Sequence record: ON190025.1
Direction: 5' to 3' (one strand)
DNA length: 64,000 bases
Both the position numbers and the translations under genes were made by a program. Shown here in pieces: positions 52,887 through 60,508 of this stretch; the first letter of the stretch is position 1; each line of letters opens with the position of its first letter. Below the pieces are notes generated by a model that was not told where the DNA came from, ran no database searches, and worked only from the letters and a program-made list of their open reading frames with translations.

Positions 52887-54515
52887 TCATGGTGTTAGAG
52901 GACTACGCTCTTTTGTTAGTCTATCTGCATCGACATCTACATCAACAGAACGCATGAAATTAGCTACTTCTGAAAGCTCGTGTAAACGGTCTTGCTTTTT
53001 GAAAGCAGACAATACACCTTGCTTCGTATCTTCTTTGATTTTCAATCGAATTACAGCGTCGTATTCAGACATTTGAACAACGTCAGCTTCAAACATCGTA
53101 TTACGGTTGATGATAATCTCTTTTGAGTCTTTCATACCGTGTTTACCTGAAGCTAAAACAGGCAAGCCGCTCGCTTCTATGATGAATACAACATTCATTT
53201 TCTTATCTGACTCAAGCAGAGAACGCATATCTGATTTACTATTCTTAGCAGTTGAATCAATGATGTTCTTAGAGCTTGATTCAACGAACTTACAAGCAAC
53301 AAGAGGGTCGATTGACGTTGAGATAAACGCAGTCGAAACAAACGAGCCAGATTCAAGAATAGAGCGCACATGTTTACTTGACATTTCACAGCCACGATAT
53401 AACGTCATTCCACCAGCAATCATACCAGCTTCAGAAAACGCTTGGTCGATGCGTGAGACAATCTGTGATTCTTTATCAACACCAGTTCCGTGTAATAACT
53501 CTTCATTCACCTTCCATGAAAAACGAGTCGCGGAGTATCTAGCAATAGCCGCTTGTGTAAGTGACGATAGACCCGCAAATGAATCTTCCTGCATAAGTTG
53601 CAAAGAAAGACGTTCATACTGACTTGCATGAGCACGTGAGCGAGATTCCATGATACTATTCAGAACGCTTTGAGGCTTCTTCGATTCGGCGATATATGAA
53701 TTCAATGAAACTGCCACAGTTTCAAGATTCAAACTCATATCAATTAAACCTTTCGCAGCATTAGCAAGAACATGTTCATTGCTTTCATTCAATTGAGAAC
53801 GAACAGACGAACTTACACGCGCTTCATATTGAGGCATTTGAAGAACATCATTTGGAACACGTGCAGCGGGGTTTTCTTCTACCCATTTACCTAGTACGTC
53901 ATCTTCATAGTCGTCATACGCAGCATCGGCAGTTACGATAATCGTTTTCTTGCTTGAAATATCAGTTTCGAGTGACATTTTTAACGCAATATCGTTAATT
54001 GTTTCTTCAGATGCTTCGAATAGCTTATCGGCATTATACCCTGGTTTGGTTACAATAAAGAAGCTGTAATCTTGCGAAATTTCTTCACCACCCACGCCAA
54101 TAATCTTAGTTGTATCACAGCCGTAACGTAGCTTTTTAAACAACGTTTTAACGCGCAAGTCGAACATCTTACCCGTACCTAGTTTCTGCACACGCATTGA
54201 AACGACATTCGCACGACGTTTGATCATGAAATCTTGAACCACTTTAACAATAGTTTGTTGAAGCTTTTGTTCATCTCCCATTTCACGAATAGTAACACCG
54301 CCTTTTTTGCCGCGCATTGCTGATACAGTACAGAACCAAGAACGTTTACCGCGATTTCCGATATCTGATTTTGTTTTAGTTGTGAACGAAACAACGATGT
54401 CTCTGGCTTCGCCTTTCATGTCGATCACAAAGAATTTGTTTTCTTTGGTCGAGCGAGCCGGATAATAGTCGTACGTTGCGCTCATGTTTTCATTTAATTG
54501 TTGAAATCCAATCAT
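52887..54515 (-). CDS. alt: Alt-like ADP-ribosyltransferase
   Basis: MIGFQQLNE N-terminus; ART motifs LYRG, FISTS and SKEII; late promoter upstream. Confidence 0.78.
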   Translation of the reverse strand: MIGFQQLNENMSATYDYYPARSTKENKFFVIDMKGEARDIVVSFTTKTKSDIGNRGKRSWFCTVSAMRGKKGGVTIREMGDEQKLQQTIVKVVQDFMIKRRANVVSMRVQKLGTGKMFDLRVKTLFKKLRYGCDTTKIIGVGGEEISQDYSFFIVTKPGYNADKLFEASEETINDIALKMSLETDISSKKTIIVTADAAYDDYEDDVLGKWVEENPAARVPNDVLQMPQYEARVSSSVRSQLNESNEHVLANAAKGLIDMSLNLETVAVSLNSYIAESKKPQSVLNSIMESRSRAHASQYERLSLQLMQEDSFAGLSSLTQAAIARYSATRFSWKVNEELLHGTGVDKESQIVSRIDQAFSEAGMIAGGMTLYRGCEMSSKHVRSILESGSFVSTAFISTSIDPLVACKFVESSSKNIIDSTAKNSKSDMRSLLESDKKMNVVFIIEASGLPVLASGKHGMKDSKEIIINRNTMFEADVVQMSEYDAVIRLKIKEDTKQGVLSAFKKQDRLHELSEVANFMRSVDVDVDADRLTKERSPLTP

Positions 54516-54546
54516 TTTATAGACTCACCCTTTAGAAATATATGTG

Positions 54547-54554
54547 TATTTATG
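54547..54554 (-). promoter_or_regulatory. Late promoter variant CATAAATA
   Basis: TATTTATG on the plus strand, 31 nt upstream of the alt-like ATG. Confidence 0.55.
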
Positions 54555-54605
54555 ATTGCTCATAACACCCGTTGAAATTATTTTAAACTTTTTGTCAGAA
54601 AAAGG

Positions 54606-54673
54606 TTGCACGAAAAACAATATAGACCTAATATAGCTTCATCGAAACGAATTAACGAACAGAGAGAATAATT
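54606..54673 (+). promoter_or_regulatory. Class I early promoter with leader
   Basis: TTGCAC-17-TAATAT, CATCGAAACGA, AGAGAGAATAATT-ATG. Confidence 0.85.
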
Positions 54674-55177
54674 ATGAATGTACAATCACTGACTAACGAA
54701 CAACTTGCTGCTTACTTCAACATGACAGTAGACTCAAACGGTTTTCAAGCTGTTGATGAGAAAGGTCGTCGTCATTATTTAACAGACCTTCGTCAGAAAG
54801 CAATGAAATCTGCTAAGACGAAGAAAGCACGTAAAGTACGCGCTGAAGCACAGCCTAAAGCAACTGCTGAAGAACTACTTGCAGAACTACAAAGCGAGTC
54901 TTCAGATTTTTGGGAGATTCGAGAATCTCAGCCTGGTATGGACTCTGAAGAGCACGGTCTAAATGTATACGTGACTACTGGACTGCCTGATAGTCATCGC
55001 GTAATGATTCGTTCTAGTGTATTATCAAATAAGGAACTTGATCGCGAACTTGGACATCTAAACCCAGCAAAGCATAAAGAAGTACAGCGACGCAAAAAAT
55101 CGACAATCATATTTTCGAATCGTTCAGCGAAAGAAATCGTTGAAATTATCGAAAAAGTGAAGTCAATTAGTGAATAA
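54674..55177 (+). CDS. Early protein, possible MotA C-terminal (double-wing)-like DNA-binding domain
   Basis: Basic linker KKARKVR; C-terminal IFSNRSAKEIVEII resembles T4 MotA LDIKRSAENIEAVI. Confidence 0.4.
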   Translation: MNVQSLTNEQLAAYFNMTVDSNGFQAVDEKGRRHYLTDLRQKAMKSAKTKKARKVRAEAQPKATAEELLAELQSESSDFWEIRESQPGMDSEEHGLNVYVTTGLPDSHRVMIRSSVLSNKELDRELGHLNPAKHKEVQRRKKSTIIFSNRSAKEIVEIIEKVKSISE

Positions 55178-55208
55178 TTTGAAATAATTCACGAAAAAAG
55201 TAGTTTTA

Positions 55209-55285
55209 GGGATTGACAATAACACGTCAATCCCCGATAATAAACACATCAAGACGAGATACGAACTACTTAAAGAGAGAACATT
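55209..55285 (+). promoter_or_regulatory. Class I early promoter with 9-bp inverted repeat
   Basis: TTGACA-17-GATAAT; GGGATTGAC/GTCAATCCC; CATCAAGACGA and AAGAGAGAACATT leader. Confidence 0.85.
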
Positions 55286-56113
55286 ATGACAATCACTAAA
55301 GCAGAAATGAAAGCTATCGCAATCGACCTTATGTCTGGTAACAACTTGATGAAGCGCGATCTGATTGCAGAAGGTTGGTCATTTGAATTTTCAAAACGTA
55401 AAGCTGCACTAGGTGATTGTAACTACCGTACTAAAACGCTACGTATTTCTGAAGAATTCTTGAACGCTCGTACTAAAGAAGAGCAAATCAACACAATCAC
55501 TCACGAAATGGCTCATGCGATTGCTTACACTGATTACAACGAACGTGGTCACGGTGCTATCTGGAAGCGTGTACACCGTCAACTAGGTGGCGATGCAAAG
55601 CGTTGCTCAACTGTATCTAACCCTGATGCTGTAGATAGCAAGTACGTTGTTTTCTTCGAAAACGCTCAAGGTGAACTTGAAGTAGTTCAGAAAATGGATC
55701 GTTTGACTAAGCGTTTTCAACCAGTACACATCAAGGCTCTATACTTGAAAGGTCGTAAAGCTGAAACTGAAGGTCAACTTCGTTGCGTTGCAACATCAAC
55801 ATTCAACGCTATCAAAGCAGATCACGAAGCTAAGAAAGCTGAAAATACTAAAGCAGTTGAACCTGTAGCAGCACCTGCACCGAAAGCTGAAAAGAAAGCT
55901 GAAGCGCCTAAGCCTGCTAAGAAAGTAAACGCACGTGGTCAAGCTGCTCGTGACGCAATCGCAGAAATCGTAATGAATACTACTCACAAAGGTTGTAAGT
56001 CAGTGTCATTTGAACAGCGTGGTAAATACAAAGATTGGTACATCATTATTGAACTAGAAGCTCACACAATCGAAAAGCGTCTAGACACTTTCAAAAAATC
56101 TCACGGTTTATAA
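55286..56113 (+). CDS. SprT-like zinc metalloprotease
   Basis: ALGDC...RISE, HEMAH, GHGAIWK...GG...C; Ala/Lys/Pro linker. Confidence 0.85.
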   Translation: MTITKAEMKAIAIDLMSGNNLMKRDLIAEGWSFEFSKRKAALGDCNYRTKTLRISEEFLNARTKEEQINTITHEMAHAIAYTDYNERGHGAIWKRVHRQLGGDAKRCSTVSNPDAVDSKYVVFFENAQGELEVVQKMDRLTKRFQPVHIKALYLKGRKAETEGQLRCVATSTFNAIKADHEAKKAENTKAVEPVAAPAPKAEKKAEAPKPAKKVNARGQAARDAIAEIVMNTTHKGCKSVSFEQRGKYKDWYIIIELEAHTIEKRLDTFKKSHGL

Positions 56114-56131
56114 CATTGTTGTTCTCTTTAT

Positions 56132-56153
56132 AGCCCCGAAAGGGGCTTTTTTT
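56132..56153 (+). terminator. Intrinsic terminator
   Basis: AGCCCC-GAAA-GGGGC-T7. Confidence 0.92.
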
Positions 56154-56160
56154 GGTTTGA

Positions 56161-56221
56161 GCGGAAAAATTCCGTCTCATCTTAGTAGTATTAGTGCTTT
56201 TAGTAATATTAGAAGTATTAG
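56161..56221. repeat. Second copy (inverted) of the 61-bp 9-mer array element
   Basis: Reverse complement equals 13512-13572 with one mismatch. Confidence 0.95.
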
Positions 56222-56229
56222 TAAGATTT

Positions 56230-56259
56230 GTTTAATAACCACCTTGGCAGACGTATAAT
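56230..56259 (+). promoter_or_regulatory. Class II promoter
   Basis: GTTTAA-18-TATAAT. Confidence 0.7.
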
Positions 56260-56277
56260 ATAGGTCGAGGTGAAGAA

Positions 56278-56517
56278 ATGATAACGATATACACAATTCC
56301 CAACTGTGACGGCTGTCGTCACGCAATTTCCCTCTGTAAGTTCAAAAACGTCCCGTACACTGTAATAGAGTTACAGTCTCAATCTGATATCGATAAATTG
56401 CATGAGAAACTTGGTGGGGTGCGCAACATTCGCGTGCCTCTTGCTATGCATGGTGATACATACATAGGTCATCTTCCAGAACTCAAGCAATGGGTTGATA
56501 ACCAGACATATAAATAA
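56278..56517 (+). CDS. Glutaredoxin (NrdC/NrdH-like)
   Basis: IYTIPNCDGC, RVPLAM and YIG motifs. Confidence 0.85.
   Translation: MITIYTIPNCDGCRHAISLCKFKNVPYTVIELQSQSDIDKLHEKLGGVRNIRVPLAMHGDTYIGHLPELKQWVDNQTYK
56509..56516 (+). promoter_or_regulatory. Late promoter TATAAATA
   Basis: Upstream of gp24. Confidence 0.85.
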
Positions 56518-56572
56518 AAGAAAATAACATTCTCTCCGCTGAAATGCGGCAATAAATTAAAGGAATCATACA

Positions 56573-57469
56573 ATGACTGTATCTAATAGTAACGGTTTAC
56601 CAGACATTGTTTCTGTTCAAAAACGACTATACCCGTTAATATTTACGCAAATCGTTTCAGAACAGCCAACAACTCAACCGGTTGCGACTGCATTCGGTTT
56701 CAAATCTGTAGCTGAAGCTGATGACGCGAGTGGGTGGCTTCCCCATGGTTTCAGACTTGATCGCTGGTATGCACAAGTTCAATCATCAAAGCTAAAAACT
56801 GAAATCTCTCTTGAAACAATTCAAGATATGCAAGCACTTGGTGTCAATGAATCGATTATCACAGATTCTATTGCTGACCAAATCGCAGATGACATCAACA
56901 CTAATATCATCGACTCACTAAACAGCATTTCAACTGTTGGTTCTGCATTGACATTAGCAGGTACAAATGACTTTGAAAAGGGTCAAGATTTATACGCTAA
57001 AGTTCACGTGGCTGCTGCTGAAATTGAAAAAACAACTGGCTGTCAAGCTACATATGTTGTGGCTGGTGGCGACTGTTTCGGTCTTTTAACAGGTTGTGGT
57101 GTTGTTCAGCGAATCGGTGATACAAACGTATATAAAGCATGGTCTGGGTTATACATCGTTCATGACAAGTATGCAACGACTGACTACGTAACAATTGGTG
57201 TTAAGAAAGATCTTGGTGATTATGAAATCTCAAGTTTAGTATTCAGCCCATACAACTTTGACAAAGCAACAGACGCTGGTATTGCATATCAATATAAAAC
57301 ACAAGACCCGCAATCATTCCACCCGATTTACGGTGTTATTGCTCGATACGCATTGACCGTTGCACCATTAGAAGACAATCAAACGGGTGCAGTTGAAATC
57401 GATTGGGATAATCTTGGTGTTCTTGCGAACAGTTCTAAGCTGTCATACACTCACGCAGTAACGGTATAA
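56573..57469 (+). CDS. 24: Capsid vertex protein gp24-like
   Basis: EQPTTQPVA, QSSKLKTEISLETIQD and VFSPY; gp23/24 fold motifs; 298 aa. Confidence 0.85.
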   Translation: MTVSNSNGLPDIVSVQKRLYPLIFTQIVSEQPTTQPVATAFGFKSVAEADDASGWLPHGFRLDRWYAQVQSSKLKTEISLETIQDMQALGVNESIITDSIADQIADDINTNIIDSLNSISTVGSALTLAGTNDFEKGQDLYAKVHVAAAEIEKTTGCQATYVVAGGDCFGLLTGCGVVQRIGDTNVYKAWSGLYIVHDKYATTDYVTIGVKKDLGDYEISSLVFSPYNFDKATDAGIAYQYKTQDPQSFHPIYGVIARYALTVAPLEDNQTGAVEIDWDNLGVLANSSKLSYTHAVTV

Positions 57470-57477
57470 GGTGTGAC

Positions 57478-57990
57478 ATGAAAAATCATTATGTAGATAA
57501 TAAAGCTCTGTACGCATCGTTGTGCGAATGGAAAAACGAAATGAAGAAACACCCTGATGCTGCAATTCCCGTCCCTGACGTGGTAGCAATCAGCATCATG
57601 AAGATCAGCGAGAATTTATCTCGCCGTTACAATTTTAGTGGGTATACTGCAACATGGAAAGAAGAGATGATTGGTGACGCAATCGAACATTGCTTGCGCT
57701 ATATCAAGAACTTCGACACTGACAAGTATAACAACCCACACGCTTATATCACTCGTATTTGCTTCAATGCGTTTGTACAACGTATTAAGAAAGAAAGAAA
57801 AGATACAGCGATTAAATATAAAGTATTCTTATGTGATTCGTCTAACTACTCGATTGATGGTGAAGAAACTGATTTCGATTTTCTTCAACAGATGTTAGAA
57901 CGTGTCAATTCTTACGAATCTGGCAAGACTGCTAAAGCTCAACCAGATGAACAGAAAGAACCACTTAACTTACAGAAATTTTACGATTAA
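57478..57990 (+). CDS. 55: Late sigma factor gp55
   Basis: YVDNK, NFSGYT-x-TWKEEMIGDA, NFD-x-x-KY-x-NPHAYIT and AFVQRIKKE motifs. Confidence 0.97.
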   Translation: MKNHYVDNKALYASLCEWKNEMKKHPDAAIPVPDVVAISIMKISENLSRRYNFSGYTATWKEEMIGDAIEHCLRYIKNFDTDKYNNPHAYITRICFNAFVQRIKKERKDTAIKYKVFLCDSSNYSIDGEETDFDFLQQMLERVNSYESGKTAKAQPDEQKEPLNLQKFYD

Positions 57991-57999
57991 GGAATTAAC

Positions 58000-59445
58000 A
58001 TGTTAGGTAACTTTGACTCATTTCTGAGTGAAAATCGCCGTCAAACTCAGGGTGGTAAAATCTACCCTAAGTTTGGTCAAGTTATTGTTGAGCTAGGCAC
58101 TGCATCTACTGAGTTCAGCAAAGGCAAAGGCGTTGAAACAACTATCGGCATGATGGAAAAGGCAAATGAGCTTAAATCTATCATGAGTACTAAACTTGCT
58201 GAAGATAAAAACGTCGATGAGAAAAACTTCGATATTAATCTGAGCGAGAACGTAAGCACAATCAACTTGCTTATGGAAAACGAATTCTTATCATTGCCAG
58301 CACATGAGCTACAGCAAGTTAAGTCTATGATCATGTGTACTGAAGCTCGTCTTCCTAGCATCGTGATTAAAGGCGGTTACTTAGATCAGGTTGTTGCCGA
58401 AGCGACTAAGCTTGGTTATAAGAAAAATGACATTCACGTTGTTTTCCCTATGCGTGAAATGAAAATTAATCTTGCTGATTCTGATAAGCTTGTAATTGAA
58501 TCGCTATCAATTGATGACAATTCAGCATCTGAAATACTGTCAATGGCTGAAAACATCGAGCTTGGTGACGTTTATGTGACTGTTGAATCGGTTGATTCAA
58601 AAGCCGAACTGTCTGACATCACTGAGATGAAAATCAAGTCTGGTAAAAATGCACTTACATTGGCTGCACTGAACCGTAAAATCATGGACTTGTTCATTGT
58701 AAAAGAAGCGAAAGACGTATCATACGCTCGTGAACGTAAAGACGATACTGGCTTGCCGATGCTAGAAGGATTCAAAGCATACGATCTGAAACAGAACATC
58801 ACCATGATTGAACATGCTCAGAACGTTTTCACGAAAGAAATCGCGACTGCGCCACTGACATCGACTGCATGGCAAAATCTTGTTGATGTGAAAGAAGCGT
58901 ATTTTGACAACGGTTGGAAGCTGAAACACAACAACACAAGTATTGTTCTAACAAACGCGGAACATGCTATGCGTGCAGGTCGTGTGTGTGAAGAATATCG
59001 CGTTGAATTATCTGAAGCAGGTTACCCGCTTCTTGATATGATTGCGATGATGGAACGTAAAGGCGTGAAACGTTTTGACTGTAAAGCATTTGCTGAAGCT
59101 ATGCTATCGTTCGATGGTTGTGTTACCCCTGAGCGTCAAACAGTGACTGCATTTTCAACAATGGCTGAGTCGAATCGTGTATTCCACCCGAATATCATGT
59201 CTAGTCTACGTCCAGTGACTGAAATGGTTGATGATGTTGATTCACTGATTCGTGCTCTTGCAAATGATCAGTTCAGTTCATTCAAGGTTGGTCAATCTTT
59301 CTCTGAAGCGATGCTTGATCAAGAAACACTTTACTCGATGATGGAAAACATCGTTGAAAACGGCGTTGACGTTTCGGTTGACGGTACTTTGATTGAGTTC
59401 AGCGTTAACGCAACGAACTATCTGATTGATATTGATATTAAGTAG
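58000..59445 (+). CDS. Putative internal head protein with degenerate P-loop kinase-like N-domain
   Basis: MLGNFDSFLSE; GGKIYPKFGQV, LPSIVI and LGYKKNDIHVVF motifs; Walker A degenerate. Confidence 0.5.
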   Translation: MLGNFDSFLSENRRQTQGGKIYPKFGQVIVELGTASTEFSKGKGVETTIGMMEKANELKSIMSTKLAEDKNVDEKNFDINLSENVSTINLLMENEFLSLPAHELQQVKSMIMCTEARLPSIVIKGGYLDQVVAEATKLGYKKNDIHVVFPMREMKINLADSDKLVIESLSIDDNSASEILSMAENIELGDVYVTVESVDSKAELSDITEMKIKSGKNALTLAALNRKIMDLFIVKEAKDVSYARERKDDTGLPMLEGFKAYDLKQNITMIEHAQNVFTKEIATAPLTSTAWQNLVDVKEAYFDNGWKLKHNNTSIVLTNAEHAMRAGRVCEEYRVELSEAGYPLLDMIAMMERKGVKRFDCKAFAEAMLSFDGCVTPERQTVTAFSTMAESNRVFHPNIMSSLRPVTEMVDDVDSLIRALANDQFSSFKVGQSFSEAMLDQETLYSMMENIVENGVDVSVDGTLIEFSVNATNYLIDIDIK

Positions 59446-59452
59446 GTGCACA

Positions 59453-60100
59453 ATGAAGAAATTTGGTGAATTTTTAACTGAAGTACAAAAGTACAGTTCC
59501 GCAGCAACGTCGATACGTGGTAAAGAAGTAGCAGCACTGGTTAAACTATACAAGAAAGGTATGTTTACACCGGGTGGTACTGCTCTTGACTATGGTGCTG
59601 GTAAATACGGTCGTAACGCTGAATTTTTACGCTCTGAAGGCATCAAAACGTATGCATATGACAAATTCAATGGTACATCTGCTGATGGTTGGACTGATGT
59701 CAGTCTGACTATCCCAAATGGGGAATCATTCGATACGGCGTTTACTTCTTACGTACTGAACGTTGTACCTGAAGAAGTCGAAGCAGAGATTATTCGTGAT
59801 GTTGAGTCTCGTGCTCGTGGTAAAGTTTTCCATATCACTCGCGGTACTGACATTACTCAAACTGTGTTGAACGTGATCAGTGGTAAAAGCAAAAACGATA
59901 TCATGATGCAATTCATTGCTCAAGAATATCCAGATCTGTCTATGCAGATTGAAGCAGGTAATGCAACAAGAGACGTGGCTAAAGAAATTGCTACTCGCGG
60001 TGTAGTTACAGCGAAAGACAGCTTTCAACGTATTCCAGACCTTTCAAAGTACGGTTACAAGAAATCTGGTTCAGGTGCTTCGGTAGTTTGGACAAAATAA
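59453..60100 (+). CDS. Class I SAM-dependent methyltransferase with capsid-targeting N-terminus
   Basis: MKKFGEFLTE; LDYGAGKYG (motif I), AYD, FDTAFTSYVLNVV; AGGTG RBS. Confidence 0.88.
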   Translation: MKKFGEFLTEVQKYSSAATSIRGKEVAALVKLYKKGMFTPGGTALDYGAGKYGRNAEFLRSEGIKTYAYDKFNGTSADGWTDVSLTIPNGESFDTAFTSYVLNVVPEEVEAEIIRDVESRARGKVFHITRGTDITQTVLNVISGKSKNDIMMQFIAQEYPDLSMQIEAGNATRDVAKEIATRGVVTAKDSFQRIPDLSKYGYKKSGSGASVVWTK

Positions 60101-60117
60101 TTTGAAATTATTTGAAT

Positions 60118-60194
60118 AAAAGGGTTGCTTCGGCAACCCTTTTTGCGTATTATAGCTCTATCGAAACGAGATACGAAAACAAAGAGAGTACATT
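60118..60194 (+). promoter_or_regulatory. Class I promoter overlapping terminator hairpin
   Basis: TTGCTT-17-TATTAT inside AAAAGGGTTGC-TTCG-GCAACCCTTTT; TATCGAAACGA and AAGAGAGTACATT leader. Confidence 0.85.
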
Positions 60195-60461
60195 ATGATG
60201 ATTACTGAATCAATTCGCCTTACTACTGTACGTGATATGCTAGACTGCCCTGCTACGTCTTTCGCATTCTGGTCGCGAGAATTCATGATTATGCCTGACG
60301 AAGATTTAACAATCAAGACAGACGAAGAAAAAGTGACATTTATTCTTCTTGACTCTATGTGTGTTGTTACTGTAACATTAGACGATACATTAGAAACATT
60401 AGAAGCGGAATTCTCAGATGCACTTACAGAACGAGCAAAACGAGCAAAACGAATAGTTTAA
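60195..60461 (+). CDS. Hypothetical early protein
   Basis: 88 aa after the class I leader. Confidence 0.75.
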   Translation: MMITESIRLTTVRDMLDCPATSFAFWSREFMIMPDEDLTIKTDEEKVTFILLDSMCVVTVTLDDTLETLEAEFSDALTERAKRAKRIV

Positions 60462-60485
60462 CTGCTCGTATTTGTTAGATATAAT
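60456..60485 (+). promoter_or_regulatory. Class II promoter
   Basis: GTTTAA-18-TATAAT. Confidence 0.65.
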
Positions 60486-60508
60486 ACTCAAACATTGAAG
60501 GAAACATT

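Noticed and set aside
53107-53622. 171-aa antisense ORF inside the alt-like gene
   Set aside because: Shadow frame with no independent expression signals.
60431-60452. 9-bp tandem ACGAGCAAA x2.4
   Set aside because: Simple in-frame slippage (RAK RAK R) at a gene end; unrelated to the CTAA arrays.
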